The notes: a model not told the origin generated them from the sequence alone. 52,368 nt of DNA from Candidatus Omnitrophota bacterium (GCA_029568545.1 JAKQAH010000165.1:1-52368); one strand, 5' to 3'; shown: positions 1 through 9,664, numbered from the stretch's first letter. Numbers and translations are program-made.

Positions 1-380
1 CCGCAGAAAACGAGATCAAGCAAGAAGCGCAAAAGCTTAACAGCAAGACCGAGGATTTGATCGGATGCCTGCATTTAAATGAGGCGATTGAACAGGTCTT
101 AGAGCTTGTCCGTCGGGTCAATCGTTATCTTGAGAGCCAAGCCCCGTGGAAAGTTTTTAAAGAGGATCAGTCTCGGGCGGGCACCATCCTTTACACGGCG
201 ACGGAAGCCTTACGGATCAGCGCCGTTCATCTTTTGCCCGTGATGCCTTCAAAGACCCAGATCGTTTTAGATGTTCTCGGCGCTGCGGGGTCGGGCCCGG
301 AATGGGGAAGACTCAAAGCGGGAACAAAATTAAAAAATCACGACGCTCTTTTTCCGAGGCTGGAATTGCCCAAGAAATAG
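1..380 (+). CDS. metG: methionine--tRNA ligase, C-terminal fragment (5' end outside window)
   Basis: Frame 3 is open from the window edge to TAG at 378-380. The tail (NRYLESQAPWKVFKED...ALRISAVHLLPVMP) matches the anticodon-binding helical domain pattern of MetRS. Confidence 0.75.
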   Translation, partial: AENEIKQEAQKLNSKTEDLIGCLHLNEAIEQVLELVRRVNRYLESQAPWKVFKEDQSRAGTILYTATEALRISAVHLLPVMPSKTQIVLDVLGAAGSGPEWGRLKAGTKLKNHDALFPRLELPKK

Positions 381-393
381 CCTTGAGGTGCGC

Positions 394-1431
394 ATGCCCA
401 TACCAACTATCCGCTGGGTCAACGGGAATGTCAGGATCATTGACCAGACAAAACTTCCCGGCAAACTGCAATATATCACCTGCCGCAATGTCAATAGTCT
501 CTGGAAAGCCATCAAGAATTTAAATGTGCGCGGCGCTCCGGCCTTGGGTGTAGCGGCGGCTTTCGGCGTTCTTTTGGGATGTAAATCCTACAAAGGAACG
601 AATCGGGAACTTTTCGTCAAGCATGTGCGAAAAGTTTGCGATCATATCGGAACTTCCCGCCCGACGGCAGTAAACCTGTTCAATGCGCTGGATCGGATGC
701 GTGAGGTCCTTCTGCGTCATGCAACGTGCGCTGTTCCCAAGATAAAGAAGGCCCTCTGGCGCGAGGCGTTCGCGATTTATGAAAACGACCGCAGGGTTTG
801 CCGGAAGATGGGCGATCATGGCGCGTCGTTGATCAGGACAAATAGCCGCATCATGACGATCTGTAACGCGGGCGCTTTGGCTACAGCGGATTACGGCACG
901 GCTTTGGGTGTTTTGTATAGCGCCAAGCGCAAGAAAAAGAAGTTTAAAGTATTTGCCTGCGAAACGCGGCCGTTATTGCAGGGGGCAAGGCTGACGGCGT
1001 GGGAACTTTTGCGCGCGAAGATCGATACAACCCTCATTTGCGATCATATGGCCGCTAGCGTGATGCATCAAGGAAAAATTGACGCTGTTTTTGCGGGGGC
1101 GGACCGGATCGCCGCTAACGGAGATACGGCCAACAAGATTGGGACGTATAATCTGGCGGTTTTAGCCAAGCATCACGGCATCCCGTTTTATATCGTCGCG
1201 CCGCGCTCGACGTTTGATATGAGCATTCGCACCGGCGCGCAAATTCCCATTGAAGAGCGCAAGCCGGAAGAAGTGACCCATTGGGGAGGCCGGGCGACGG
1301 CACCTAAAAATGTGAAGGTTTATAATCCGGCCTTTGATGTGACGGACCACCGCCTGATCACGGCCATTGTCACTGAAAAAGGCATTATCCGTCCGCCGTT
1401 CGGGAAGAATATCAGGAAGAGATTTTCATAA
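394..1431 (+). CDS. mtnA: S-methyl-5-thioribose-1-phosphate isomerase (eIF-2B alpha/beta/delta-like family)
   Basis: ATG at 394 lies 5 nt after GAGG; the ORF track starts at GTG 388. Motifs VRGAPALGVAAAFGV and ANGDTANKIGTYNLAVLA are typical of MtnA. Confidence 0.85.
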   Translation: MPIPTIRWVNGNVRIIDQTKLPGKLQYITCRNVNSLWKAIKNLNVRGAPALGVAAAFGVLLGCKSYKGTNRELFVKHVRKVCDHIGTSRPTAVNLFNALDRMREVLLRHATCAVPKIKKALWREAFAIYENDRRVCRKMGDHGASLIRTNSRIMTICNAGALATADYGTALGVLYSAKRKKKKFKVFACETRPLLQGARLTAWELLRAKIDTTLICDHMAASVMHQGKIDAVFAGADRIAANGDTANKIGTYNLAVLAKHHGIPFYIVAPRSTFDMSIRTGAQIPIEERKPEEVTHWGGRATAPKNVKVYNPAFDVTDHRLITAIVTEKGIIRPPFGKNIRKRFS

Positions 1432-1432
1432 C

Positions 1433-2356
1433 ATGTCCGCGCGTCCTGTTAAAATGATCCTTTCTGATCTGGGCGAGTTCGGCCTGATCGGTTTCATCGA
1501 CCGGAAAATCGGGAAATGTTCCCGGGCGCTCAAAGGGATCGGCGACGATACGGCCGTGATCCCTTTATCGTCCAGGAAATATCTGCTTTTTACGACGGAC
1601 ATGCTGCGGGAAGGGATCCATTTTACGCGGAAGATGCCTGCGCAGGGCATCGGCCACAAAGCGCTGGCCTGTAATATCAGCGATATTGCGGCCATGGGCG
1701 GGATCCCCCAATATGCCGTTGTTTCCCTGGGCGCGCCCGGCACTTGTCCGCAGCGGTTTATATCGGGAATATACGACGGGATACGGCAAACAGCGAAAAA
1801 GTTTGGCGTCGAGATTGTTGGCGGAGATACGATTAAATGCAAAGAAATCATTATCAATGTTGCCTTGACCGGGGAAGTGGGGAAGAAGCACGTTATTTAC
1901 CGAAGCGGCGCCCGTTGCGGCGATCACATTTTTGTGACGGGTCCATTGGGGAATTCTCTCTCAAGCGGATGGCATTTGAATTTTGTGCCGCGCGTCAAGG
2001 AAGCGCAATATCTGGTCAAAAAGTTCAGGCCGACGGCCATGATCGATATTTCCGATGGGTTGGCAGCCGATCTCGGGCATATTTTATCCGAAAGCCGTGT
2101 AGGCGCGGTAATCGAGGAGGATTTGATCCCGAGGCGCAAAGGGGCCAGCCTCAAACAGGCATTGCATGACGGGGAAGATTTTGAATTGCTTTTTACCCTG
2201 CCGGCCGCAAAGGCAAAAGCATTTGAAAGCTGCGGCGGAAAGAATTTCAAGTCCTATCGGATCGGCCAGGTCGTTGATGACGAATTCGGCCTCCAGCTGC
2301 GGACGGAAGAATCCGGTCTGAAGACGGTCAAGGGTAAAGGGTATACGCATTTCTAG
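1433..2356 (+). CDS. thiL: thiamine-monophosphate kinase
   Basis: ATG at 1433 follows the mtnA stop directly; the ORF-track start at 1367 overlaps mtnA. Motifs GIGDDTAV, LACNISDIAAMGG and IDISDGLAADL match the AIR-synthase-related ThiL family. Confidence 0.9.
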   Translation: MSARPVKMILSDLGEFGLIGFIDRKIGKCSRALKGIGDDTAVIPLSSRKYLLFTTDMLREGIHFTRKMPAQGIGHKALACNISDIAAMGGIPQYAVVSLGAPGTCPQRFISGIYDGIRQTAKKFGVEIVGGDTIKCKEIIINVALTGEVGKKHVIYRSGARCGDHIFVTGPLGNSLSSGWHLNFVPRVKEAQYLVKKFRPTAMIDISDGLAADLGHILSESRVGAVIEEDLIPRRKGASLKQALHDGEDFELLFTLPAAKAKAFESCGGKNFKSYRIGQVVDDEFGLQLRTEESGLKTVKGKGYTHF

Positions 2357-2358
2357 CG

Positions 2359-2850
2359 ATGACTATCATGGAAACACGGCATATTCTATCTAAAGGCGCC
2401 GATGAGACCCAGGCTTTCGGGAAGCATCTGGCAAGACATCTTAAAGGCGGAGATATCCTTTGTTTCTTCGGCGATCTGGGAAGCGGAAAAACGACCCTCA
2501 TCAAAGGGATCGCGGAAGGTCTGAAGATCGATCAGAAGAACGTGAGCAGTCCGACGTTCGTTCTTATGAATATTTATGAAGGCCGCCTGGCGCTGTTCCA
2601 TTTTGATCTTTACCGGCTCGAGCATATTCGGGAGATCGATACGATTGGGTATGATGAATTTCTTTACGGCAACGGCGTTTCTGTGATCGAATGGGCCGAC
2701 CGGCTCGGGGCATCTTTACCCGAAGAATATTTGAAGATTGAGCTGGAACATAAGACATTGAACGAGCGGGCGATCCTATTAACAGCGATCGGCCGACGGT
2801 ACCAAGATCTGGTGGGAAAAATAGCTGCTGTGCGGGGCAAAATATCATGA
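2359..2850 (+). CDS. tsaE: tRNA threonylcarbamoyladenosine biosynthesis ATPase TsaE
   Basis: P-loop GDLGSGKTTL, then SPTFVLMNIY and HFDLYRL, the hallmark YjeE/TsaE motifs. Length is 163 aa. Confidence 0.9.
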   Translation: MTIMETRHILSKGADETQAFGKHLARHLKGGDILCFFGDLGSGKTTLIKGIAEGLKIDQKNVSSPTFVLMNIYEGRLALFHFDLYRLEHIREIDTIGYDEFLYGNGVSVIEWADRLGASLPEEYLKIELEHKTLNERAILLTAIGRRYQDLVGKIAAVRGKIS

Positions 2851-3545
2851 TGAATTTATTATCGATGGATACGTCAACGAAACGGCTCAGCCTCGCGGTT
2901 TCCAGGGATGAAGATGTTATTAAATTCCGCAATATGGAATTAAAGCGCCCGCTTTCTTCGTCGATCATGCCCGGTATCAAGAAAATATTAAGCGATGCCC
3001 GAATGCCGTTGGAGAAAGTCGACGGATTTGCCATCGGATTGGGCCCCGGATCGTTCACGAGCTTGCGCGTGGGGTTGTCAACGGTCAAGGGGCTGGCGTT
3101 TGCTTTGCGCAAGCCTGTTGTGGGCATTCCCAGCCTGGATATTCTGGCCATGAATGTTCCGGAAAATCATGCGCAGATCTGCGCTCTCTGCGATGCGAAA
3201 CGCCATCTGGCGTATGCCTGCGTCTTTGATAAACGCGAGGGGATTTTAAGAAAAAAGACCGGCTATTTGTTGGCCAGCGTTCAAGATGTTCTGAAAAAGA
3301 TCAAAGGGGATGTCCTTTTTGTCGGGGATGGTATCGAGATGTTCAGGAGCGATATTCTTCAGGTTAAAGATATCAGGCCGAAGTTTGCGGACCCGGAATA
3401 TGCCTTTCCGTCGGCGCGGGCCCTGGCGTTCTTGGCGCTCATGCGGTTTCGTGAGGGAAAATGCGATCACATTGATCGGCTGATCCCGCTGTATCTATAT
3501 CCCGATCATTGTCAGATCAAATCAACGGAGGGATGCCCGGCTTAA
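2847..3545 (+). CDS. tsaB: tRNA threonylcarbamoyladenosine biosynthesis protein TsaB
   Basis: Overlaps tsaE by 4 nt (ATGA). LSMDTST...LAV and GLGPGSFTSLRVG are typical of YeaZ/TsaB. Confidence 0.85.
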   Translation: MMNLLSMDTSTKRLSLAVSRDEDVIKFRNMELKRPLSSSIMPGIKKILSDARMPLEKVDGFAIGLGPGSFTSLRVGLSTVKGLAFALRKPVVGIPSLDILAMNVPENHAQICALCDAKRHLAYACVFDKREGILRKKTGYLLASVQDVLKKIKGDVLFVGDGIEMFRSDILQVKDIRPKFADPEYAFPSARALAFLALMRFREGKCDHIDRLIPLYLYPDHCQIKSTEGCPA

Positions 3546-3554
3546 GGAGCCGCC

Positions 3555-4751
3555 TTGCAAATAATGAAAAAAACCGATTATTTAACATATTGTGAGATCG
3601 ATCTGGAGGCCGTCCGGCATAATGCCCGTCAAATTGCTAAGCTGGTCCAAAAGAACCGCTTTTTTCTTTCCACGCGTTTGGATGCCGAGAAAAAGCTCAA
3701 AGGATTGGAATCGATCCTGGCCGTTATCAAAGCGGATGCTTATGGGCATGGCGTCGAGGACATTGCAAGGCTTCTGGACCGGGAAGGCGTCGGGCTGTTT
3801 GGCATTTCCAATGTTGATGAAGGCATAACTTTACGGAAACTGGGAGTCAAAAAGCCCATTCTTTTGCTTGAAAGCGCCCTGCCCGTCTGCGCGGGCAAGA
3901 TTGTTGATTATGACCTGACGTCGGGCGTGTGCACTTTGGAATTGGCGCGGGCCCTGGATCAAGAAGCGAAAAAGCGCGGTCGGAAAGCCGATGTCCATAT
4001 CAAAATCGATACGGGTATGGGGCGCTTGGGGGTTTGGCACACCGAAGCGTTCGATTTTATCAAGAAAGTCAGCCGGTTACGCCGTTTGCGGATCATGGGG
4101 ATTTTTACTCATTTCCCAGCGGCAGATACGGAACGCGGATTTACAAGAAAGCAAATCGTCTCGCTCTATGACCTAGTTAAAAAACTGGACCGGGCGGGAT
4201 TGATCATTCCCTTCATCCATGCCGCCAACAGCATGGGATTAGCGGGGTATAAAACGCATATTCTGAATCTTGCCCGGCCGGGATTGATGCTTTACGGGCT
4301 TTATCCGGATCCAAGGCTCAAGAAAGATTTTCTCCTGAAGCCCGCCATGAGCGTGCGCTCCCATGTGATCTTTTTAAAAAGGATCCCCAAAGGCCGAAGT
4401 GTCAGTTACGGACGGACATTCTTTACGAAACGGGATATGCTTATCGCGACGGTCCCGATCGGCTACAGCGACGGGTATTTTCGCGCCTTCTCGAACCGCG
4501 CGGCTGTTGTGATCAACGGGGCGCGTTGCCCTGTGATCGGGCGCGTTACGATGGATCAGATCATGGTTGACGTAACGCCTGTGCCGGGAGTCAAGCTCGG
4601 AACATCTGTAACAGTATTAGGGCGGCAAAAAAGACAAACCGTCTCAGCCGAGGATTTGGCGCGATGGGCCGGAACGATCAATTATGAGATTGTTTGCAGT
4701 CTCGGCAGCCGGCTGCCGCGGATCATTAAAAAAGGGAATGAACGGACATGA
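3555..4751 (+). CDS. alr: alanine racemase
   Basis: PLP-lysine motif AVIKADAYGHG. C-terminal YGR...GYSDGY and TINYEIVCSLG motifs. TTG start lies 5 nt after AAGGAG. Confidence 0.9.
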   Translation: MQIMKKTDYLTYCEIDLEAVRHNARQIAKLVQKNRFFLSTRLDAEKKLKGLESILAVIKADAYGHGVEDIARLLDREGVGLFGISNVDEGITLRKLGVKKPILLLESALPVCAGKIVDYDLTSGVCTLELARALDQEAKKRGRKADVHIKIDTGMGRLGVWHTEAFDFIKKVSRLRRLRIMGIFTHFPAADTERGFTRKQIVSLYDLVKKLDRAGLIIPFIHAANSMGLAGYKTHILNLARPGLMLYGLYPDPRLKKDFLLKPAMSVRSHVIFLKRIPKGRSVSYGRTFFTKRDMLIATVPIGYSDGYFRAFSNRAAVVINGARCPVIGRVTMDQIMVDVTPVPGVKLGTSVTVLGRQKRQTVSAEDLARWAGTINYEIVCSLGSRLPRIIKKGNERT

Positions 4752-5170
4752 CAAAAAAGAAAAAAAAGATACTGGTGGTTGATGACAGTCCGGTGATGCA
4801 GAAGTTGACGCAGAAGAAGCTCATGAATGACGGCTTTCTTGTGTTTGCGGCATACGACGGAAAAGAATGTTTAAACGAAGTGAAAAAGAGGTTGCCGGAC
4901 CTGATCCTTATGGACGTGATCCTCCCAGATAGTAACGGCAAAGAAATTGTGCGCAAACTAAAAGAGGACCCGGAGACGGCCGACATTCCCATTGTCTTCA
5001 CGACCAATACGCTGAGCCTGGAAGTTGACGACGGCAACCAGGTTTTTGAGATCAATCACGTCAAATACCGCGCGTTTGCCAAGCCGCTGCATTACCGCAA
5101 GCTTCTGAGCACGATTCATAAGGAGATCAACCGCAGTATTCACGGAGGCGAGTTGCCGCCGGGAAATTGA
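4748..5170 (+). CDS. stand-alone response-regulator receiver domain protein (CheY-like)
   Basis: ILVVDDS, phospho-acceptor context DLILMDVILPD, and conserved T and K (FTTNT, FAKP). No output domain. Overlaps alr by ATGA. Confidence 0.85.
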   Translation: MTKKKKKILVVDDSPVMQKLTQKKLMNDGFLVFAAYDGKECLNEVKKRLPDLILMDVILPDSNGKEIVRKLKEDPETADIPIVFTTNTLSLEVDDGNQVFEINHVKYRAFAKPLHYRKLLSTIHKEINRSIHGGELPPGN

Positions 5171-5190
5171 AGAAAAAAGAGCAAAAAAAA

Positions 5191-5351
5191 CAGCGCCCTA
5201 TTTATTAAGAACTTTCGTCATTCTGAGGAGCGACTCATGGAAAACTTTTTGCGACGAAGAATCTTAACTCATCATTAAGATCCTTCGCCGCTAAATGTTT
5301 TAAGCAAATCGCTCCTCAGGATGACAATGCGCTTTAATAAGTAGGGCGCTG
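5191..5351. repeat. 161-nt three-tier imperfect palindrome between convergent genes (probable bidirectional terminator or REP-like element)
   Basis: Outer arms 5191-5208/5334-5351 pair over 18 bp with 1 G-U. Middle arms 5217-5233/5309-5325 pair over 17 bp with 1 G-U. Inner arms 5251-5267/5275-5291 pair at 15 of 17 positions around a 7-nt loop. The element is flanked by A8 (5183-5190) and T6 (5354-5359). Confidence 0.7.
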
Positions 5352-5357
5352 CCTTTT

Positions 5358-6473
5358 TTAGTTGGAAAAATCCGTTTCGATAATGACCAGCGCGATAAGC
5401 GTGAACAGAAGGGGCGTGGCCCAGGCGGAAAGCAGAGGAGGGAACAAGCCGCCTTTGCCGAACGCCAAAGAGACGGCATTCGCGACATAATAAAGAAACC
5501 CGAGGATCAGGGCCAGCCCGATGGCCAGAAACGCGCTCCCCTTACGGCTGCGGATCATCAAGGCAAAAGGAAGGCCGAGCAAGACAATAACAAAATTCCC
5601 GAATGGATAAGCGATCTTTTGGTGGAGGTCGACCCGCATATTATTGAGGGCTTTGGCGGCTCCGCTTTTGGAAAAGCGCTCAATATAACTCTTCAGCTGC
5701 CGGATGTTCATGGCCGTGACGTTCAGCCGCTGGTTGAGGAAGTCATTGGGGCTTTCCTTGATATCCATCAGTTTTTCTTTATAGACTTTGATCATAAGCG
5801 GCGTGTTGATATCGGTCTCGCTGAATGTCGTGATCTGGCACTGGTAGAATTTCCAGGCGATCCCCGTCCAGACGCCCTTAAGGGCCACGATTTTCTGCCT
5901 TATGTTCTGCTGTTCGTCGTGCTCAATGATGGTCACTCCCAGGATTTCGTTTGTTTCGGCATCGAAAGTGTCGATGAAGTAAAGCCGGTTCTTGAGCCCG
6001 TAAAATGTCAAGTTTTTGATCTTTTCCTGTTTTTTGCGCAGTCGGTCTACGAGCAAAACCATGTTTTCGTTGCGGATTTGTTCGGTGATCTCGGTGGCCC
6101 GGGGAACAAGGCGCTCGTTGACCCAGAACACAAGAATCGAGATGATCAGGCCGAACATGATGGCCGGTTTTGTGATCTGCCAGAAACTTAGCCCGCTGGC
6201 GCGCATGGCGATGACTTCGTTGTTGGTATTGAGATGGCTGAAGGTAAAGAGTACCGCGATCAGGCACGCAACCGATGAGATTGGCTGGCTCAGGATGATC
6301 GGGAAATAGGACATGTAGTATTGGACCAGGATATCGAGGGGGACTTTACGATCAATGAACTCGTCGAGCTGGCTGGTGATATCGATCAGGACGTACAAAA
6401 AAGAGAACGTCAGGATCGTGAAGATGAAGATCGTGACGACGGATCGAGTGATATAGCGGTCTAGAATTCGCAT
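5358..6473 (-). CDS. lptG: LPS export ABC transporter permease LptG (YjgP/YjgQ family)
   Basis: N-terminus ILDRYI, six predicted TM segments around a central periplasmic domain. Second of two tandem overlapping YjgP/YjgQ genes. Confidence 0.8.
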   Translation of the reverse strand: MRILDRYITRSVVTIFIFTILTFSFLYVLIDITSQLDEFIDRKVPLDILVQYYMSYFPIILSQPISSVACLIAVLFTFSHLNTNNEVIAMRASGLSFWQITKPAIMFGLIISILVFWVNERLVPRATEITEQIRNENMVLLVDRLRKKQEKIKNLTFYGLKNRLYFIDTFDAETNEILGVTIIEHDEQQNIRQKIVALKGVWTGIAWKFYQCQITTFSETDINTPLMIKVYKEKLMDIKESPNDFLNQRLNVTAMNIRQLKSYIERFSKSGAAKALNNMRVDLHQKIAYPFGNFVIVLLGLPFALMIRSRKGSAFLAIGLALILGFLYYVANAVSLAFGKGGLFPPLLSAWATPLLFTLIALVIIETDFSN

Positions 6474-7546
6474 TTGTAGTTAAGGATTGCCGCGCCGATG
6501 ATGGCGATGGTGTTGGGGACCCACATGATCAGTCCGGGCGGAGCGATGCCCTTTTTGCTGAGAGCTTCGCATCCTAAAGAAACCAGGTAGTAAAAGGCGA
6601 AACAAAGAATTGCCAGGACGATGTTAGCGGATTTTTCGCGCCGGTTAGTGATAACAGCCAAGGGAAAACCGATCAGAATGAAAAGCAACGGTGAAAATGA
6701 CCACGTAATTTTGCGGAAATACTCGGTTTCGAGATGGGTCGTATCGATGAGAAGCGGCTGCAACTTGGCGATCTCGGCCTTCAATTCTTTCAATGTCATG
6801 CTTTGCGGCTTTTTCTCGATCTCTTTGTTTTCCTTGGAGAGATCGAGGGTCATGAAATAGTCCTTAAAATTCAATTTGTAGAAATTTTCCGGATTTTCCA
6901 AGCTAGGTTCGTCCGATGTTCCGTCCATGAGCTTGAGCTTGATCTGGTTCCCGCCGGGAACTGGGGTGAACTCGCCCCGCCGCGCGATGATCGTTCTTGT
7001 CGGCCTGTCCGGCTGCGGTTGATAAATGGTGATGTTGAACATCTGATTGTTTTCGATCTTATGGATGAAAATGATCTGGTCCTGGAAGGCGTGGATGAAC
7101 ATGCCGGCCTCCAGCAACGCTGTTGGGTTTTCTGCGCCAAGATTTTTGAGCGCGCGCCGCTGCGCATGATGCGCGTAAGGGATGACCCGCTCATTCAAGA
7201 CGATCAGAATGAGGCTGGCAATGATGCCTAGGATGATGAGAGGGTTCAAGAGGCGGGCCAAATGGACGCCGCTGGCGCGCAGAGCGATGATCTCGTTGTC
7301 GGCTGAAAAACGGCTGAAGGCAAAGATAACGCTGATGAGGCAGGCGATGGGGATCGTGTATCCCAGGAAAACAGGGATCATCAACAGAAAAGCCCTGCCC
7401 ACGGTCACAATGTTCACGCCTTTATTAATGACCAGGTTGGTCAGCTGGATCAGGTTTCCCAAGAGAAAGACGCAGGTCAGGACGAGCAGCGCCATGAAGA
7501 AGGGGATGATGCATTCTTTCAATATATAGGATCGGATGATGCGCAT
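6461..7546 (-). CDS. lptF: LPS export ABC transporter permease LptF (YjgP/YjgQ family)
   Basis: Same architecture as lptG and overlaps it by 13 nt. It is the upstream member of the pair. Confidence 0.8.
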   Translation of the reverse strand: MRIIRSYILKECIIPFFMALLVLTCVFLLGNLIQLTNLVINKGVNIVTVGRAFLLMIPVFLGYTIPIACLISVIFAFSRFSADNEIIALRASGVHLARLLNPLIILGIIASLILIVLNERVIPYAHHAQRRALKNLGAENPTALLEAGMFIHAFQDQIIFIHKIENNQMFNITIYQPQPDRPTRTIIARRGEFTPVPGGNQIKLKLMDGTSDEPSLENPENFYKLNFKDYFMTLDLSKENKEIEKKPQSMTLKELKAEIAKLQPLLIDTTHLETEYFRKITWSFSPLLFILIGFPLAVITNRREKSANIVLAILCFAFYYLVSLGCEALSKKGIAPPGLIMWVPNTIAIIGAAILNYKCEF

Positions 7547-7561
7547 GGACCGAAAGTGATC

Positions 7562-8287
7562 TTATCCCGTAATAGCTAGTGTTAATATCCCGATGGTTCC
7601 CGCCCCGGACTCTTTCAATGTGTCTGCGGCTTCCGACGCTGTCGCGCCTGTTGTTAGCAGATCGTCGATGATCAGGATATTTTTGCCTCGGAGTTCAGCA
7701 GAACGCTTTATTCTAAAAGCCTTGCGGATGTTTGTCCAGCGTTCTTTTTCGCTTAAGAGAGTTTGATGCTCGGTATTTCGGGCCCGGACAAGATGCGCGC
7801 AAGACAAGCCGATTCGGTATCTTCCGGAAATTTCTTCGGCCAGCAAATAGGATTGATTATAGCCGCGCTCTCTTAACCGGCTCGAAAATAATGGAATAGG
7901 GACGATAAGGTCGAATTGCTTTATATCGAAACGGTAACGGCCGATAAAATCGATCATTAATCGGGCTAAGGGTTTGCGCAAGTAAGTCCTTTGACGATAT
8001 TTAAAAGCGCAGATCAGTTCTCTCAAAGGAGAGCGGTAGAGACAGGCGGCCCAGGCAAAATCGAAGCGAAAATCCGTCTGGGTGCACTCCCGGCATCGGG
8101 CCTGTTCCGGATCCGGGAGATGACGCGAACATTTGGGGCAAAAAGGAGGAATATTATGGACGATCGTATCCCGGCAATATGGGCACAGCGCTTCATAGGG
8201 GGAATAGTGAAGGAGCCGATTCTTGCAAACAGGGCAATGCGGGGGGTAGACCAAATCGACGAAACCGGTCAAAAGGTCTTTCAACAC
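7562..8287 (-). CDS. comF: ComF family protein (phosphoribosyltransferase domain)
   Basis: N-terminal CxxC zinc-finger pairs (CPVCKN, CPYCRD, CPKCSR, CRECTQ). C-terminal PRTase motif ILIIDDLLTTGATA. Confidence 0.8.
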   Translation of the reverse strand: MLKDLLTGFVDLVYPPHCPVCKNRLLHYSPYEALCPYCRDTIVHNIPPFCPKCSRHLPDPEQARCRECTQTDFRFDFAWAACLYRSPLRELICAFKYRQRTYLRKPLARLMIDFIGRYRFDIKQFDLIVPIPLFSSRLRERGYNQSYLLAEEISGRYRIGLSCAHLVRARNTEHQTLLSEKERWTNIRKAFRIKRSAELRGKNILIIDDLLTTGATASEAADTLKESGAGTIGILTLAITG

Positions 8288-8336
8288 GCCGGTATGGTAA
8301 CATTTCCCTTATAGTTTGTCCAACGCAAAATTTGAG

Positions 8337-8365
8337 TTGAACGGCTAGATGCCTGACAGTATAAT
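8337..8365 (+). promoter_or_regulatory. sigma70-like promoter upstream of pyrE
   Basis: TTGAAC (8337-8342), exact 17-nt spacer, TATAAT (8360-8365), about 38 nt upstream of the pyrE ATG. Confidence 0.5.
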
Positions 8366-8403
8366 AGCACACAATAAAAATGCGCTTTGCCTGAGCACGA
8401 CAA

Positions 8404-8994
8404 ATGAAATCATTGAAAAGAGGGGCTATGGAAAGAACAGACATACAGCGGGAGCGTGAAGAGCTCCGGCAATTGATTATCAAGAACGCCTATTTCCGGG
8501 AAAAGATCGTTCTCTCGTCGGGAAAAGAAAGCGATTATTACATTGATGCCCGGCTGGTAACGTTGAGTGCGCGCGGTGCGTACCTTTGCGCCCGGATGAT
8601 CCTCGACAAGGTTGGCGCTGACAAGATCGCCGCGATTGGCGGTCCCACTTTAGGGGCGGACCCCATGCTCGGGGCCATCGGCGTTGTCAGCCTTCAATCG
8701 GGAAAACCAATCGATACGTTCATTATCCGCAAAGCCCCGAAACCTCATGGCAAACAGCAGCAAATCGAAGGCCCCGCGCTGAAAAAAGGAGATTGCGTGG
8801 TCCTGATCGATGATGTGGCCACGACCGGAAAAGCCTTCGTGCAGTCGCTCGATGTTTTAGCGGCTTTGGGAATTCGCGCCGAGAAGGCGATCTGCATCGT
8901 GGATCGCAACGAGGGCGCGCGCGAAGCTGTCGCGGCAAAAGGATGCAAGCTGGTTTCGATCTTCGATATATCAGAAATACATTGTGAAGAGTAA
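8404..8994 (+). CDS. pyrE: orotate phosphoribosyltransferase
   Basis: SGKESDYYIDARL and the PRPP-binding motif VVLIDDVATTGKA. Length is 196 aa. Confidence 0.9.
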   Translation: MKSLKRGAMERTDIQREREELRQLIIKNAYFREKIVLSSGKESDYYIDARLVTLSARGAYLCARMILDKVGADKIAAIGGPTLGADPMLGAIGVVSLQSGKPIDTFIIRKAPKPHGKQQQIEGPALKKGDCVVLIDDVATTGKAFVQSLDVLAALGIRAEKAICIVDRNEGAREAVAAKGCKLVSIFDISEIHCEE

Positions 8995-9085
8995 ATAGTT
9001 AATGGTCAATAGGGTCTTCCGGCGTTTTTCAACGGATTAAACAAATATTACCATTAACTATTAACGATTTACCATTTACTGATCC

Positions 9086-9664
9086 ATGAAAAAACTCATT
9101 CTCGCATCGGCTTCTCTCCAAAGGCAAAAACTCCTAAAAGATCTGGGGGTCCAATTTGCCGTTAAGGTCAGCCAGGCTCAAGAAGCCCAAAAGATCCGGT
9201 CGACGTGCTCGGCGCTGGTCAAGCATAATGCTCTTCTCAAGGCCCAAGATGTAGCGGCCCGTTTGAAGAGCGGGGTGGTGGTTGGCGCCGATACGGTTGT
9301 TTACGACGGCCATAAGAATCTGATCGGCAAGCCTCGCAATCTTCAAGACGCGAAAAAAATGCTCCATGCGCTTTTTTCCAAACCGCATTGGGTTTATACT
9401 GGTGTTGCGGTCATCGATGCGGCAACCGGCAAGCGAGCTGTTGATTATGAGAAAACCAAGGTTTTCATGCTCCCTTTGACGGACGAGGAGATTGACCGTT
9501 ATCACCGGAAGGTTTCTCCCCTGGATAAAGCCGGCGGTTTTGACATCGAAGGCGGCGGAAGCGTTTTTATCCATCGGATCGAGGGATGCTACACCAATGT
9601 TATCGGTCTTCCGATCGCCAAACTTGCGATGATGTTAAGAAGGTTCGGGGTTTCGATATTATGA
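9086..9664 (+). CDS. maf: Maf-like nucleoside triphosphate pyrophosphatase
   Basis: LILASASLQRQKLL, VVGADTVV, DKAGGFDIEG and NVIGLP are canonical Maf motifs. Confidence 0.9.
   Translation: MKKLILASASLQRQKLLKDLGVQFAVKVSQAQEAQKIRSTCSALVKHNALLKAQDVAARLKSGVVVGADTVVYDGHKNLIGKPRNLQDAKKMLHALFSKPHWVYTGVAVIDAATGKRAVDYEKTKVFMLPLTDEEIDRYHRKVSPLDKAGGFDIEGGGSVFIHRIEGCYTNVIGLPIAKLAMMLRRFGVSIL

Noticed and set aside
1367-1432. Upstream-extended starts given in the ORF track: thiL 1367, M48 protease 9586, deacetylase 30786, DUF3313 36616, purC 45792
   Set aside because: The extensions overlap the preceding gene or lack an RBS. Internal ATG or GTG codons with SD-like sequences, or with proper signal peptides, give family-typical N-termini.
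5300-5488. 62-aa minus-strand ORF spanning the right half of the palindrome
   Set aside because: It is generated by the palindromic element and overlaps the 3' end of lptG. There is no coding evidence.
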